The notes beneath the pieces were generated by a model, which worked only from the letters and a program-made list of their open reading frames with translations, did no database searches and was not told where the DNA came from. Below are positions 1-10,724 of a stretch of 64,000 nucleotides of DNA, in pieces. Source of the DNA: Sedimentisphaerales bacterium (lineage in GTDB: Bacteria > Planctomycetota > Phycisphaerae > Sedimentisphaerales > SM23-30); NCBI GenBank assembly GCA_963666285.1, contig OY762711.1; one strand, 5' to 3'. Each line of letters opens with the position of its first letter. The stretch's first letter is position 1. Both the position numbers and the translations under genes were made by a program.

Positions 1-2571
1 ACTGGAAATAAAATATTCGACACCAAGATCAATATTCTTATTAGTTTCGTAAACAATTCCGGCTTTTGCAGTATTTATTCCTTCCCGATCATTATCCAGA
101 CCAATATATCCTTCAAGATAATAATAGAAATTAACCGAACCCTCGAAATTTTCATTATCAAGATAATGATACCAGCCAAGACCTATAGAGTTACTATTAT
201 AGTAATCCGGAGACCAGTATTTAGTATCAAACTCTCTTGTCTGATAAAAATAGGAATCGAAAATTGTCTTTAATATTGTCGGGTACTTCAGCAATTCATA
301 TTCAGCCCGGATATCATACTCAGCGGACCTGTTACCATCGCTAACCCAATAATGTTTGGCCGTAAAACCCAAAGAGGTATAGAAAAAAGGCCTGGTATAA
401 AATTCAGCACCTATATACTTTCTATCTGTTTTGTCAAAATAAGTCAGGCTGTTAGTGATATAATCCTGCTTACCGGCCAAAACCGAAGCGTTAAAATATT
501 CGAATTTTTTCTCCAGCTCAGACGATATCTCAAATGAATCAAAAGAGCTTACACTATAATCATTAAAACCTAAATCAATATTCAGGTTCAAATCGTCAGC
601 CAGCATATCAGACATTGAAATCGAAGCAGAATTCTTTGTTGTATCGATGTCATTTAACGACAGCCTGTCAGTTGCCAGCGCAAATTGCCATTTACGATCT
701 GCCAGCTCTCTTTGCGGGCTGTAGCTGATACGACTGGAGAAACGTCTAATATCGACATCGCCATTTCTGCCAGAATCGTCAGAATAAACGCTATAAAAAG
801 AGGCACTCTGTTTTTTTCTAAATGCTTCAGCTATCAAAGCCTTAGAAGCCTGGATATGCCAGGGATGGTCGCTGACAATCTCTGAATACAATGCTTCAGC
901 CTTATGATTTACTCCCAAACGATCGTAAATCTGTGCCAGATCATAAAGCAGTTCGACATCATCTGGCTTATCATCCAGCAATTCCTCATAATAACGCGCC
1001 GCCAGAATGTATCGTCCAATCCAGTTATTCTTTTTAGCAAGCAATTCCGTTTTATAGACAAGATCATTAAAGTAATTGAACATATCCAGATAATAAGCAG
1101 AAGCCCTGGAATATTCCAGGTTCCAGCCGGCTAACCTTGCCTGCTCCAGCCTGGCTTGCTCATCGCCATGATTAACACTGCAATAAAGATCATACCAATG
1201 TAATGCCTGAGAGAAATCATTGATAAAAACATAGATTCGAGCAATTTCCAAAGCAAGACAGTCATCGCCGCCTTTATCGTTATAATCCTGCAATATATAT
1301 TTTAAATGAGCCCGGCACAACATATCTGCTTCAAGAGCCATATCATTTTGCCGAAGAACTGAAGATGCTTCAATTATAACTTTGGCATCAGACGGTTTTA
1401 ATGTAAGATAACTTTTATACCGCTTAAAAGCCAGCTGGATATCACTATTTCTGACAGCATTTCTGGCCGCCTGCAACAGAATAACATCCCGGGTAAACAA
1501 ACTGTAATTCCGGACATTATTATTCAAAATATGACAATAATAGATTTCTGCCTGTCCGTATTGCCGATCATTATGGAGAAAATTGGCATATTCAAACATA
1601 ACATCAAGATCATCAGGATGCAAAGCCAGGAACTTCAGATATAACAAGTTTGCTTTATCATTCCGGCCAAGAATCAGGCTTGCCCTGGCAAAAGGTAAAA
1701 TGAGTTTTTCATCCACAATTTCGAGAACCACTACTTCATCGTTGATATCATAAAAGATATCCAGTAATGAACCGGGCACCTGGTGCAACTCCTGAATAGC
1801 TACAGCGAGTGCAATACAGAGCTGCGGATCATCCAAACCAAACGGCAAGCATTTTTGCAGCATCTCTACTGCTTCAGAATGCTTACCTTGAGCAGAGAGC
1901 ACAAAAGCCAATTTCTTATACAGCTCTTTTGACGGTTCTACAGCAATTGCCTGCTCAAGAATCTGCCGGGCAAAGATATAATTATCCTGCTGTTTTTCAC
2001 CATTACCAGGATCTGACAGTGCTATATCAGCTAATGCCAGATATAGGCTGATATCAGTATTGTATTTTTCTATCAACTGCAAATAAAGGCTAACAGCTTT
2101 TTGCTTCTGGCTAATTTGCAGGTATAAACCCGCCAACTCAATCATAGCATCTTTGTCATCGGGATAGTGTTCGACATACTGAGTGAACCTGTTAACGGCT
2201 TGTGCTACATCCTGCATTGAGTAAGCATTTCTACAAAACATAAGCCAGACATTTCGCCTCTCTTCCATATCCAGCTCGCTTTCCGAACCCAATAATGAAG
2301 ACAGTATATTATCAACATTACGGTACTTCCCGTTATTATTGAGAATATTTACAGCATTAAGTTTTTGCCTGACATTGAATTTATTTACAGCAGCATTTTC
2401 AATTACATTTACCTGCTCTTCTGTGATATAATCAGCCGCTTTCAAGCTATGCAGCAATACATAATCGGAATAGTATCTGACTAAAATAACCCTGCTGACC
2501 CAAGCAATAACCGGGATAGCAAATAACATAACTATCGTTATTCTATTTTGTATCTGCTTATTAACAGGCAT
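1..2571 (-). CDS. TPR-repeat protein with probable C-terminal outer-membrane beta-barrel (BcsC/PgaA-like polysaccharide export protein); runs off the left edge, so it is absent from the ORF track
   Basis: The ATG at 2571-2569 overlaps the end of the synthase gene (MPVNKQIQNRITIVMLFAIPVIAW...). Spot-checked parts of the frame are open. TPR-like helices (AIAVEPSKELYKKLAFVLSAQGKHSEAVEML) and barrel-like strands with YWSPDYY occur near the edge. Confidence 0.75.
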   Translation of the reverse strand, partial: MPVNKQIQNRITIVMLFAIPVIAWVSRVILVRYYSDYVLLHSLKAADYITEEQVNVIENAAVNKFNVRQKLNAVNILNNNGKYRNVDNILSSLLGSESELDMEERRNVWLMFCRNAYSMQDVAQAVNRFTQYVEHYPDDKDAMIELAGLYLQISQKQKAVSLYLQLIEKYNTDISLYLALADIALSDPGNGEKQQDNYIFARQILEQAIAVEPSKELYKKLAFVLSAQGKHSEAVEMLQKCLPFGLDDPQLCIALAVAIQELHQVPGSLLDIFYDINDEVVVLEIVDEKLILPFARASLILGRNDKANLLYLKFLALHPDDLDVMFEYANFLHNDRQYGQAEIYYCHILNNNVRNYSLFTRDVILLQAARNAVRNSDIQLAFKRYKSYLTLKPSDAKVIIEASSVLRQNDMALEADMLCRAHLKYILQDYNDKGGDDCLALEIARIYVFINDFSQALHWYDLYCSVNHGDEQARLEQARLAGWNLEYSRASAYYLDMFNYFNDLVYKTELLAKKNNWIGRYILAARYYEELLDDKPDDVELLYDLAQIYDRLGVNHKAEALYSEIVSDHPWHIQASKALIAEAFRKKQSASFYSVYSDDSGRNGDVDIRRFSSRISYSPQRELADRKWQFALATDRLSLNDIDTTKNSASISMSDMLADDLNLNIDLGFNDYSVSSFDSFEISSELEKKFEYFNASVLAGKQDYITNSLTYFDKTDRKYIGAEFYTRPFFYTSLGFTAKHYWVSDGNRSAEYDIRAEYELLKYPTILKTIFDSYFYQTREFDTKYWSPDYYNSNSIGLGWYHYLDNENFEGSVNFYYYLEGYIGLDNDREGINTAKAGIVYETNKNIDLGVEYFISS

Positions 2572-4744
2572 GGGTTAATTCCTTAATAACAGAAGAAGAC
2601 AAACTATCGATTTCATCAATTATAATGACAGATTTCCACAATTTTGTCCCATGGAAAAAGAAAGGTTTATTTTCAGCGGCCCTTCCATAAAACAGTATTT
2701 GGCCCATGGGAGTAGCAATGGCGACATGCAACTTATCATCCAAAGCAAGCTCATGCTCGATAAGAACCACGACCTCGGATGAGCTGATAGTTTCGCTTCT
2801 GCAATGCTGCCAGTCATTTTTCCTGGAATCCAGATTAACCGGGAAATCAGTCCTGTAATTATCCTGCATACTAAATGAAATACTTTCACTTTTTATCAAG
2901 GCTTTGCCCTTCCGGTTAAGATGGTCGAGCAGCCGGGGAACCGTATACAACATAGTATGGAGATTAAGCATATCCCGGCAGATATTATCAATTGCCGTAA
3001 AACGGCATTCGTAGCAAAACATCTTACCGGAATCAGAATTGAGCACATTTACGACATCTACTTTAACAGGCAAACGAAAGGTGCGAAGGATTAAAGTAGC
3101 GTCTAACTGTGTCCCAACATCAAACTGATCGTTAAAATAAGCAGTAAACCCTTCATTACCATAATCTTTTGTAATTGCAGTCTTTTCCAGGTTTTCCTTG
3201 TCTTTGTAGAGAACAGGGATAAAATCATAAAATTTCATTTTTTCAACGGAACTACCGTACGCCGCAGAAAGCATAATCACTTTTAAGGCAAACAAGAGAT
3301 TCCATACACACCAAAAGAGAGAAATTGCGATACCCATAACATTGCTATCTATATCATACTGAAGTTTAGTAATACCGCAGACAATAGCAAAAACAGTAAC
3401 CAATACAAACAGTATCTGAGGTACAATAGAAGCAAATGGATACCTTTGTTCGCCCGACTTATTAGTTGTAACAAATTTATGGGGCTTAATATTAAGATAC
3501 GCCCTGAAAAATGAAGATGTAAAAATCCAGAAAGTAATCATATGATAAAATTCTTCATATACAAAGCTTCCCCTGCCATATGTTGTAAAGCGGTAAGTTG
3601 TCAACTGCAGAATAACATTGGTAATAAAAAGAAATAAAAGCACATTGGAAACAGGTTCGGCAGGATAAATGCCAAATAACAAAATAATTAACGGGGAAAT
3701 ATAGAAAACCATTTTCCTGATACCGTTAAGCCAGAAAAAGATTGAGCTCAAATAGCTAATTCGCTGAACGAAGGAAAGTCCCTTGAGTGTAATGGGATTA
3801 CAGTAGAGAAAAGTTCTTAAATTACCAATGGCCCACCTGGCCCTCTGAGTATGATAGGAGAACATATCCTCCGGAGCCAGCCCGGAAGATAAATGTTCGG
3901 CAGTATAAACCGATTTCCACCCCAGACTGTGGAGCTTGATAGAAGTTTCAATGTCTTCAGTAATAGTTTTAGTAGAAATACCGCCAGCCTGATCCAGGGC
4001 CTCGCGTCTAAAAACAGTACCTGTGCCACAAAAATATACGCTATTCCACTTGTTTTTGCCGGGCATAATAAGATGAAAGAAGATTTCCGCCTGTTCCCTG
4101 AGCCAGCCTTTTTCCATATCTACCGATTCTTCAAGAGCATCCAGATTATAATAGGTTTGAGGAGTCTGCACAAAAGCAACTTTCGGGTCATTGAAATATC
4201 CAAGTGTTTTATTAAGGAAATCCGGCAGCGGGACATGGTCAGCATCAAATATAGCCAGAAATTCACCAGAGATATATTTTAAGGCATTATTTAGATTACC
4301 TGCCTTGGCATGAAGATTATCATTTCTGGTGATATATTGAACCCCCAAATTCTGAGCCAGTTCCTTAACGCTCTGTCGATGGCCATCGTCAAGCAGGTAA
4401 GTAGTATGGGGGTAATCTATTGCCTCACAGCCAAGGATAGTTTTTCGGAGGAGCTCAACATCTTCATTATAGGTACAGATCAGGATATCGACGGAAAGCC
4501 CTTCCGGCGGAGATTCAGGTTCAGGAAAAGACGGACTCCAGATATCAAAACAGAATAGGAGATAATTCAAATAACCCTGCAACTCTGCACAGAAGAATAA
4601 TACCCAGAAAAACAGATAATGATGGTTTACCGTAAACATAAACCGGTAATATAAATAAATGGCTCCAAATAAAAGAGAAGCCATCATCATTATTTTTCGA
4701 GCGTTTCTATTTATATGAATGATTTTTTCGACTTTCTTATTCAT
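2561..4744 (-). CDS. bcsA: BcsA-like processive GT2 glycosyltransferase (cellulose/beta-glucan synthase) with C-terminal PilZ-like domains
   Basis: DDG, HAKAGNLN, DADH, QTPQ, FCGT, TED and QRARW (QxxRW) motifs plus multiple TM helices. Confidence 0.85.
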   Translation of the reverse strand: MNKKVEKIIHINRNARKIMMMASLLFGAIYLYYRFMFTVNHHYLFFWVLFFCAELQGYLNYLLFCFDIWSPSFPEPESPPEGLSVDILICTYNEDVELLRKTILGCEAIDYPHTTYLLDDGHRQSVKELAQNLGVQYITRNDNLHAKAGNLNNALKYISGEFLAIFDADHVPLPDFLNKTLGYFNDPKVAFVQTPQTYYNLDALEESVDMEKGWLREQAEIFFHLIMPGKNKWNSVYFCGTGTVFRREALDQAGGISTKTITEDIETSIKLHSLGWKSVYTAEHLSSGLAPEDMFSYHTQRARWAIGNLRTFLYCNPITLKGLSFVQRISYLSSIFFWLNGIRKMVFYISPLIILLFGIYPAEPVSNVLLFLFITNVILQLTTYRFTTYGRGSFVYEEFYHMITFWIFTSSFFRAYLNIKPHKFVTTNKSGEQRYPFASIVPQILFVLVTVFAIVCGITKLQYDIDSNVMGIAISLFWCVWNLLFALKVIMLSAAYGSSVEKMKFYDFIPVLYKDKENLEKTAITKDYGNEGFTAYFNDQFDVGTQLDATLILRTFRLPVKVDVVNVLNSDSGKMFCYECRFTAIDNICRDMLNLHTMLYTVPRLLDHLNRKGKALIKSESISFSMQDNYRTDFPVNLDSRKNDWQHCRSETISSSEVVVLIEHELALDDKLHVAIATPMGQILFYGRAAENKPFFFHGTKLWKSVIIIDEIDSLSSSVIKELTHAC

Positions 4745-5282
4745 TATTCTGCCGGCAATATTTAATTATATTATCCATGTGCAAGATAGCCTTATCGACA
4801 GCATCTTTTTTCTTATCAAAGTCGCTATCTTCAAGCAGTTCCGCCATTGCCTGCCTGAACCGGTCTGCTTCATGATTTATTTCCTCAGCAATAACTTTTT
4901 CAGACTTTTTATTAAGATAGTGTTTAAGCCTGACAAACACTTCCTGATGGTTAACAGGTTTAATAATATAATCATCTCCCCCGCAATCGAATCCGTTAAT
5001 CCTGTCATTATCATTTCCCATAGATGTAATAAAGATCAGGGGTATAATGGCGGTATCAGGATCCTGTTTGATCTGCCGGCAAGCGTCAAAGCCATTCATA
5101 ACAGGCATATTAACATCCATAAAAATAACGTCAGGACTTAATTCTTTTGCCTTTTTAACGCCTTCCTGACCATTGGATGCTTTTTCCACACGCAACCCCT
5201 TTTCCCTGAGCATATTGGCCAGTAAAAGAGTCAAAGCACTATCATCATCTACCAGTAATATCAGTTTACTTTCTGTTGACAT
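4737..5282 (-). CDS. Response regulator: receiver domain with a short helical tail and no recognisable output domain
   Basis: ILLVDDD, DVIFMDVNMPVMNG and DYIIKP motifs. Confidence 0.9.
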   Translation of the reverse strand: MSTESKLILLVDDDSALTLLLANMLREKGLRVEKASNGQEGVKKAKELSPDVIFMDVNMPVMNGFDACRQIKQDPDTAIIPLIFITSMGNDNDRINGFDCGGDDYIIKPVNHQEVFVRLKHYLNKKSEKVIAEEINHEADRFRQAMAELLEDSDFDKKKDAVDKAILHMDNIIKYCRQNNE

Positions 5283-5305
5283 ATTCTATCCCTCATTTTA
5301 AAGAG

Positions 5306-8300
5306 CTATTGTTTAAAGAATCTGTTCTCAATATATTGCAACACTTCATCCACAACCACAGTCAATTCCTGATTAGCCTGAGCGTATTCACCTGCCCTAC
5401 TTTCGACCGCCAACAATTCCAACGATTTAGCATTTTCATATACTTTTTTCATAGAGAGTGTTCCAGCGGTATTTTTAATTGCATGAGCAGCCACCCTGAC
5501 AGCTTCAGTATCATTATTTTCAATAGCGGCGGCAACCTCCTTTTTGAGCCGTTGAATATCCTCATATGACAATTTTAACGCTTTGATATAATCCTTCATT
5601 TTAATATTGAGCTGTTTCATTGTCTCCAACGGGTCAATAAAACTCCTGGCTTCCTGAGAATCATCCTCTTCCAGATTTTGAACAGCTTCAATTTCATTTG
5701 TTTCTTCCTGAAGGAATTTTTTCAATTGGACATCCATCTGGAATCTATTGATAGGTTTAAACACAATGCCGCCAAAGCCCATCTGCTTACATTTGGCAAT
5801 TGTTGCCGGTAAAGCATCAGCAGTAAGAGCAAGAATATTCAGATCAGGGGCCAGTTTCTTAATTTCTTTAAAAGTATCAAATCCTGAAATTTCAGGCATA
5901 TGCAAATCAAGCATAATCAGATCATATTTATTGTTATGATTAACTCTATCGATGGCTTCCTGGCCACTATTGGCAGTATCCACGATCAAGCCAATGGCCT
6001 CCAGCATCATACGGAAGAGAATAAGGTTGGTTTGAGTATCATCAACAACAAGCACACGACCGACGTACCTTGTTTCGCTTCCCCGGTCATACTCAGCAGC
6101 TAATTCGGATAACTGTTCATAACTATCTTTAACTTCCAACTGCCGGTCAGTACCTGCCGGAATGGTAATTGTAAATTTTGCTCCTTTTCCTTTTTCGCTC
6201 TCTACAGAAATCTCGCCGCCCAGCAAGTTAACCACCTGCCTGGTTATCGAAAGGCCTAATCCTGTACCGGCAAACGCCGTATCGGTTTCAACGCCGAGCT
6301 GCTCAAACGGTTCAAAAATACTTTGCTGCTTTTCTCTACTTATCCCTATACCGGAATCAGCAACAGCAACTTTCACATAATTACCATCGGCCAGTTCAGT
6401 CAAACATGCAGATATGACAATCCTGCCATTTTGAGGGGTAAACTTCACCGCATTACCAAGCAGGTTCATAATACACTGCTGAACTCTAAGTGAATCTGAA
6501 TATATAATTACAGGCAGCGGCTCATATTCTGTAACCAGACTAATATTTTTTTCATCACATAATGTCTGAATAATAGAACTACAGGAATACAGTACTTTTA
6601 TAATAGACATTTCCGCAAAATGCAGCTTCATCTTACCAGATTTGATTTTTTCCTGATCCAGCAGAGTATTTATTATATTAAGCAAAAATCCACTATTGGA
6701 ATGGATAACAGCCAGATTGTTTTTTATTTCAGGGTAATCTGCTGCCAATTTTAATGACAGGTCGGTATATCCCAGAATAGCGGTAAGAGGGGTACGTATT
6801 TCATGACTCATAGTTGCCAAAAACAGGCTTTGGGCCTTATCAGTCTCCATAGCCTTAAGAGCCAAGGATTCATTAAATTGCGCCATTTGCTTTAATTCTA
6901 TAGTATATGACCTAAGCTCTTCATTTAAGGCAACCAGCTCCTGTTGGTTATGCTTAATCTCAGTAATATCAGTAAAGAAATAGATAGTATAATTACCGCT
7001 ACTCCAACAGAACCTGCATTGGAGCAGCTTTGACTCGCCTGTCCTGGTCCTAATGCTAAACTCTATTTCGTTTATACAATCCAACTCTTTGGCACATGTA
7101 CCTTTGCAGGCATTAGCAGCAAAATCAACAAGTGAGTTAATAATATCATCCGGTAACTGATCAGCTTCATAACCAAATATATTACAAACATAATCATTTG
7201 AAAACACAATTTTATTATCCCGGTCCAATGTCAATATTGCAGCCGGACATGATGAAAGTATAATTTTATTCTTTTCCTGCTCATATTTTCTTTGTTTATT
7301 CATTTCATGCCTGGCGTGAAATAATACAACAATAGAATAAGAAATCAGCAGATCAGTAATAATCTGAAAAAATAACAACAAAAATTTATTTTCATAATGC
7401 CAGTGATAAAGAGTAATATTTTGATATTGTTGTCTTAGATCATCTAATTGAATTGAGAATAGCAGATATATAGGCTCGTCAGCTTTGCCAGCCTTTGATT
7501 CCAAAGAAAAACCTACTCTTTGGCTCATACCATCTTTCCAGTTTAATACCTGATAGATAATTATCTGATTTTTTGTTTTTATACTACCCTGCCTATTATT
7601 GCGCATTTTCTGCCATATCTCAGGAGAATCCAAAGCAATATTACCTCTATGGATATCGGTCAGAATAAAGCCCCATTCCTTATCTTTTTCCCTGCTGTTA
7701 AGGAGCCAGTATCCATCCTTATTTAACAATTCAACTTTAACATATGGAAGCAGATTTTCTTCATGATGTAAATATTGAAAAACATCTCTCATCCTGTAAT
7801 TTATAACAAAAAGGAAATTAGTATTGCCATCTTTATCACGAAGAGGAGTAACCAGCCTTATAACAGGTTTGTATGGGACTTCAATCGCATTATTTTCGAC
7901 ATTCAAGTCAATAGGAGAAACATACACTTCACCATATCCAAGCTTCATCCCTTGTTTAAAATATTCTCTTTGCGATTTATCCTGCAATTCTGTTTCTTTA
8001 CAAACATACGAAGAAGAATCGTCAAAATTGATTCTCAATGCTTCGCGCCCATTTATATTTAACAATCTCACCTGGTCAATATCAGGATATTTTCGCCCAA
8101 TTGTTGTGTAGATATTAATCAGATTATCAAATTTTACCTGATCGCCATAAATGTTCTGTTCCGCGAAATCAGCCAAAATTGATAATTTATTCACCATACC
8201 ATGAAGGTTGTTTTGGGAATTTATAATACTGGCATCCAGACTATTTTTAGTTTTTTGAGTGGCGTGATATGCCCAGACTCGTTTTTCCCATACAATAAAT

Positions 8301-8395
8301 AAATGAAAAGCAAGAGAAGTTAACATAAACAGTACAGCAAAAAGTAAAAGAGTTTTAATTAGAATCTGTTTATTAAAATGTGACTTTATCCCCAT
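5306..8395 (-). CDS. Hybrid sensor histidine kinase (Cache-PAS-HisKA-HATPase-REC-HPt)
   Basis: Periplasmic Cache-like LQDKSQREYF/PYKPVIRLVTP, H-box MSHEIRTPL, NAVKFT, GTGLGL, receiver DLHMP and HPt AHAIKN. Confidence 0.92.
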   Translation of the reverse strand: MGIKSHFNKQILIKTLLLFAVLFMLTSLAFHLFIVWEKRVWAYHATQKTKNSLDASIINSQNNLHGMVNKLSILADFAEQNIYGDQVKFDNLINIYTTIGRKYPDIDQVRLLNINGREALRINFDDSSSYVCKETELQDKSQREYFKQGMKLGYGEVYVSPIDLNVENNAIEVPYKPVIRLVTPLRDKDGNTNFLFVINYRMRDVFQYLHHEENLLPYVKVELLNKDGYWLLNSREKDKEWGFILTDIHRGNIALDSPEIWQKMRNNRQGSIKTKNQIIIYQVLNWKDGMSQRVGFSLESKAGKADEPIYLLFSIQLDDLRQQYQNITLYHWHYENKFLLLFFQIITDLLISYSIVVLFHARHEMNKQRKYEQEKNKIILSSCPAAILTLDRDNKIVFSNDYVCNIFGYEADQLPDDIINSLVDFAANACKGTCAKELDCINEIEFSIRTRTGESKLLQCRFCWSSGNYTIYFFTDITEIKHNQQELVALNEELRSYTIELKQMAQFNESLALKAMETDKAQSLFLATMSHEIRTPLTAILGYTDLSLKLAADYPEIKNNLAVIHSNSGFLLNIINTLLDQEKIKSGKMKLHFAEMSIIKVLYSCSSIIQTLCDEKNISLVTEYEPLPVIIYSDSLRVQQCIMNLLGNAVKFTPQNGRIVISACLTELADGNYVKVAVADSGIGISREKQQSIFEPFEQLGVETDTAFAGTGLGLSITRQVVNLLGGEISVESEKGKGAKFTITIPAGTDRQLEVKDSYEQLSELAAEYDRGSETRYVGRVLVVDDTQTNLILFRMMLEAIGLIVDTANSGQEAIDRVNHNNKYDLIMLDLHMPEISGFDTFKEIKKLAPDLNILALTADALPATIAKCKQMGFGGIVFKPINRFQMDVQLKKFLQEETNEIEAVQNLEEDDSQEARSFIDPLETMKQLNIKMKDYIKALKLSYEDIQRLKKEVAAAIENNDTEAVRVAAHAIKNTAGTLSMKKVYENAKSLELLAVESRAGEYAQANQELTVVVDEVLQYIENRFFKQ

Positions 8396-8693
8396 ATAAT
8401 GTATTTGCTTTCCACTACCATATTTAAGTTAGATGTTGAATTACAATTCTATGCCCCAATAACTTATTCGGTTAAATAAAAAACAGGCATTACTGGTGAA
8501 ATATGCGAATAAAAAAACAGAAATGCGACAGAGTACAGCAATCTAAACTTAAATACTTACAGGTAATACGGTTATGCAAAAACAAAAAACTAGTTTAACT
8601 GTTACAATTCAACTGTCTCCACATGATATACATCTGAAATGGGCACCTATATCATTTTTATAGGTCCTTAACAATAGATATAGTTCTAACAGG

Positions 8694-8894
8694 TATGCGG
8701 TATCGTTCTTATGACTGTTCAGCATTATACGCAAAGGCGAACGGGCAATTAGGTTAAAATTGAATAATAATAAGTAAAAAACTAAGGTGTTGGACTATCC
8801 TTCGACTAGCTCAGGGCAGGTCGTCTCACGTTTTGATTAAATTGAAGATTCACCTGAACGGCCCTTTTAGGCGATTTACCAAAGGCACCGTATA
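8694..8894. repeat. Dispersed structured intergenic repeat, copy A (divergent, different central segment)
   Basis: Shares TGACTGTTCA-CATTA-ACGCAAAGGC and GGCCCTTTTAGGCGATTT with the copies at 36730, 40612 and 59629. Confidence 0.8.
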
Positions 8895-8897
8895 TTC

Positions 8898-10664
8898 TTA
8901 AGCCTGGGTATGATCTGTTGATGGTCGGGTAAGAAGGCTGATGACCACAAGAGTGGTAATGGAAACAAGGATAGCGGGAAGAACCGCATCAAGTTCGCCG
9001 AGCCAGCCTTTCCCTTTCAAATAAGGCTGAACGGCTTCTCCCCAGAGCAGAGTAATGATAGTGCCGGACAATATTGACACTACAGCACCCTTAGAGGTAG
9101 CACGTTTCCAGACGATGGCAGCAACCAGACAAGGTGTTATGGCAGAGCCGTAGATAGTGTAGGCATAGAGGGCTTTGTCAAAGAACCCGGTCGATTCTGA
9201 AAACAGCAGAGATACGCCGTAACCGATAAACCCGAAAATAAGAATCAGAACCCGGTTGAGGAAAATCAGCTGCTTTTGTCCGGCGTCAGGATTGATGCGA
9301 TTTTGATATACATCCTTCATAAAGGTAATCGTCGGGATAAGCAGGAAAGAATTGGCAGTTGAAATAATAATGCCGACGACAGTAACCAGGAAGACCAGCC
9401 CCAAGGCAAACGGCATATGATTTTTGGCAGCGTAAATTAGGACATATTTCCCATTTTCGGGGTTGGGGATCATACTGGAAGCGACCCAGGCATCGGCAAT
9501 GATCATAACCTCAATGGCAAGAGCCAGAAAAATCATAACAATAACAGCCTGTCGGGCACCTTTGGCGTTACGGCTGGCAAAAATGCGCTGGTACTGGTTG
9601 GCATCGCCAAGGATAAGCAGGAAAACCGGCAGCAGGAAATTCACCAGCTGAACCGGGGAATAAACACCCCAGAATTTCATATGGTCGGCTTTATTACCCA
9701 TGATGGTAAACGCATCGGCCATGCCAGAGAAACCACCAGCTTTGCTGAGCAAAACCGGGAAAGCGACAAGCACTGAAACTGTAATGAGTATGCCGGTGAC
9801 AATATCCATATAGGCCAGGCTCATAAGACCGGCCAGCATGGTATAGGCGATAATGAAAGCAGCGGCAATTATTGTGGCTTTCCGGGCAGAAATTTGCGGT
9901 TCTATCAGTTGCAGCGAACCAGCATCCGGTATGTTTTTGAGTTTGAAAGCGATATTGTGGCCGGTAATAGAAAATTTAAGTTTTACCGAATAGTCTTTCT
10001 GGACAACAGAGATATTATCCTGTTCTTCAACTTCTTTGGCAATCTGCATGAGATCAGCCCTTTCAACCACTTTGACAGTATAAGGGATAATATTATCGGC
10101 ATTATCAGCGGCTACCGCTTCGAGCTTAACAGTTCCGGTCCAGTCCTGGGGAGGGGTATAAGAGATACGGCCAGCTGTGAGCTGTTTTTTGGTGAAAGTA
10201 TCTTCGTCGGCAACAGGAATCGGTTCCTTATTGCCGGAGATAACCTCGATTACGGCACCACCGGCATTAAACTGATAGCTGACAATAACCATATAAGCAG
10301 TTATCAAGGCAATAACCGAAAGGAATCTGGCAGACTGGCCATAGCGTCTGCCGATGATTTCCGGAACAGACGAGGCTTCGATATTGCGGGCACGAGAGGC
10401 GATAAACGAAAGCAGGATCATGCCGAAAAAGGTGCCAAGCGGTATAATCATTGCCGCAAGACCGGTATTATAAGTCTTTTCGGCATTGCCGACAATTGAG
10501 CCGGTACCAATCCATACGGCAAGCATGGTGCAGACCATAATCCAGGGTGAAAGCGATCTGCCGGCAACAGCGAAATCTTCCTCGTTGTGCACCTGCCTGG
10601 ATTTGTATACGCCAATGACAACTAACAGTATAAGATATGAAAATATTGCTGTAATATAGATCAT
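8898..10664 (-). CDS. Sodium:solute symporter (SSS/PutP family) with an inserted soluble domain
   Basis: EDFAVAGRSL, AVWIGTGS, YQRIFASRN and ISTANS motifs; about 13 hydrophobic segments. Confidence 0.9.
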   Translation of the reverse strand: MIYITAIFSYLILLVVIGVYKSRQVHNEEDFAVAGRSLSPWIMVCTMLAVWIGTGSIVGNAEKTYNTGLAAMIIPLGTFFGMILLSFIASRARNIEASSVPEIIGRRYGQSARFLSVIALITAYMVIVSYQFNAGGAVIEVISGNKEPIPVADEDTFTKKQLTAGRISYTPPQDWTGTVKLEAVAADNADNIIPYTVKVVERADLMQIAKEVEEQDNISVVQKDYSVKLKFSITGHNIAFKLKNIPDAGSLQLIEPQISARKATIIAAAFIIAYTMLAGLMSLAYMDIVTGILITVSVLVAFPVLLSKAGGFSGMADAFTIMGNKADHMKFWGVYSPVQLVNFLLPVFLLILGDANQYQRIFASRNAKGARQAVIVMIFLALAIEVMIIADAWVASSMIPNPENGKYVLIYAAKNHMPFALGLVFLVTVVGIIISTANSFLLIPTITFMKDVYQNRINPDAGQKQLIFLNRVLILIFGFIGYGVSLLFSESTGFFDKALYAYTIYGSAITPCLVAAIVWKRATSKGAVVSILSGTIITLLWGEAVQPYLKGKGWLGELDAVLPAILVSITTLVVISLLTRPSTDHTQA

Positions 10665-10724
10665 GCTATTCCTTTAAAATTGGCAAATTAATTCTCCGGT
10701 TATCTATCGCGTGAAAATAACCAG

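Noticed and set aside
8465..8492. Sigma28-like promoters upstream of the hybrid kinase and near 30822-30850
   Set aside because: There are several mismatches or off-by-one spacing in AT-rich DNA, which is too weak to call.
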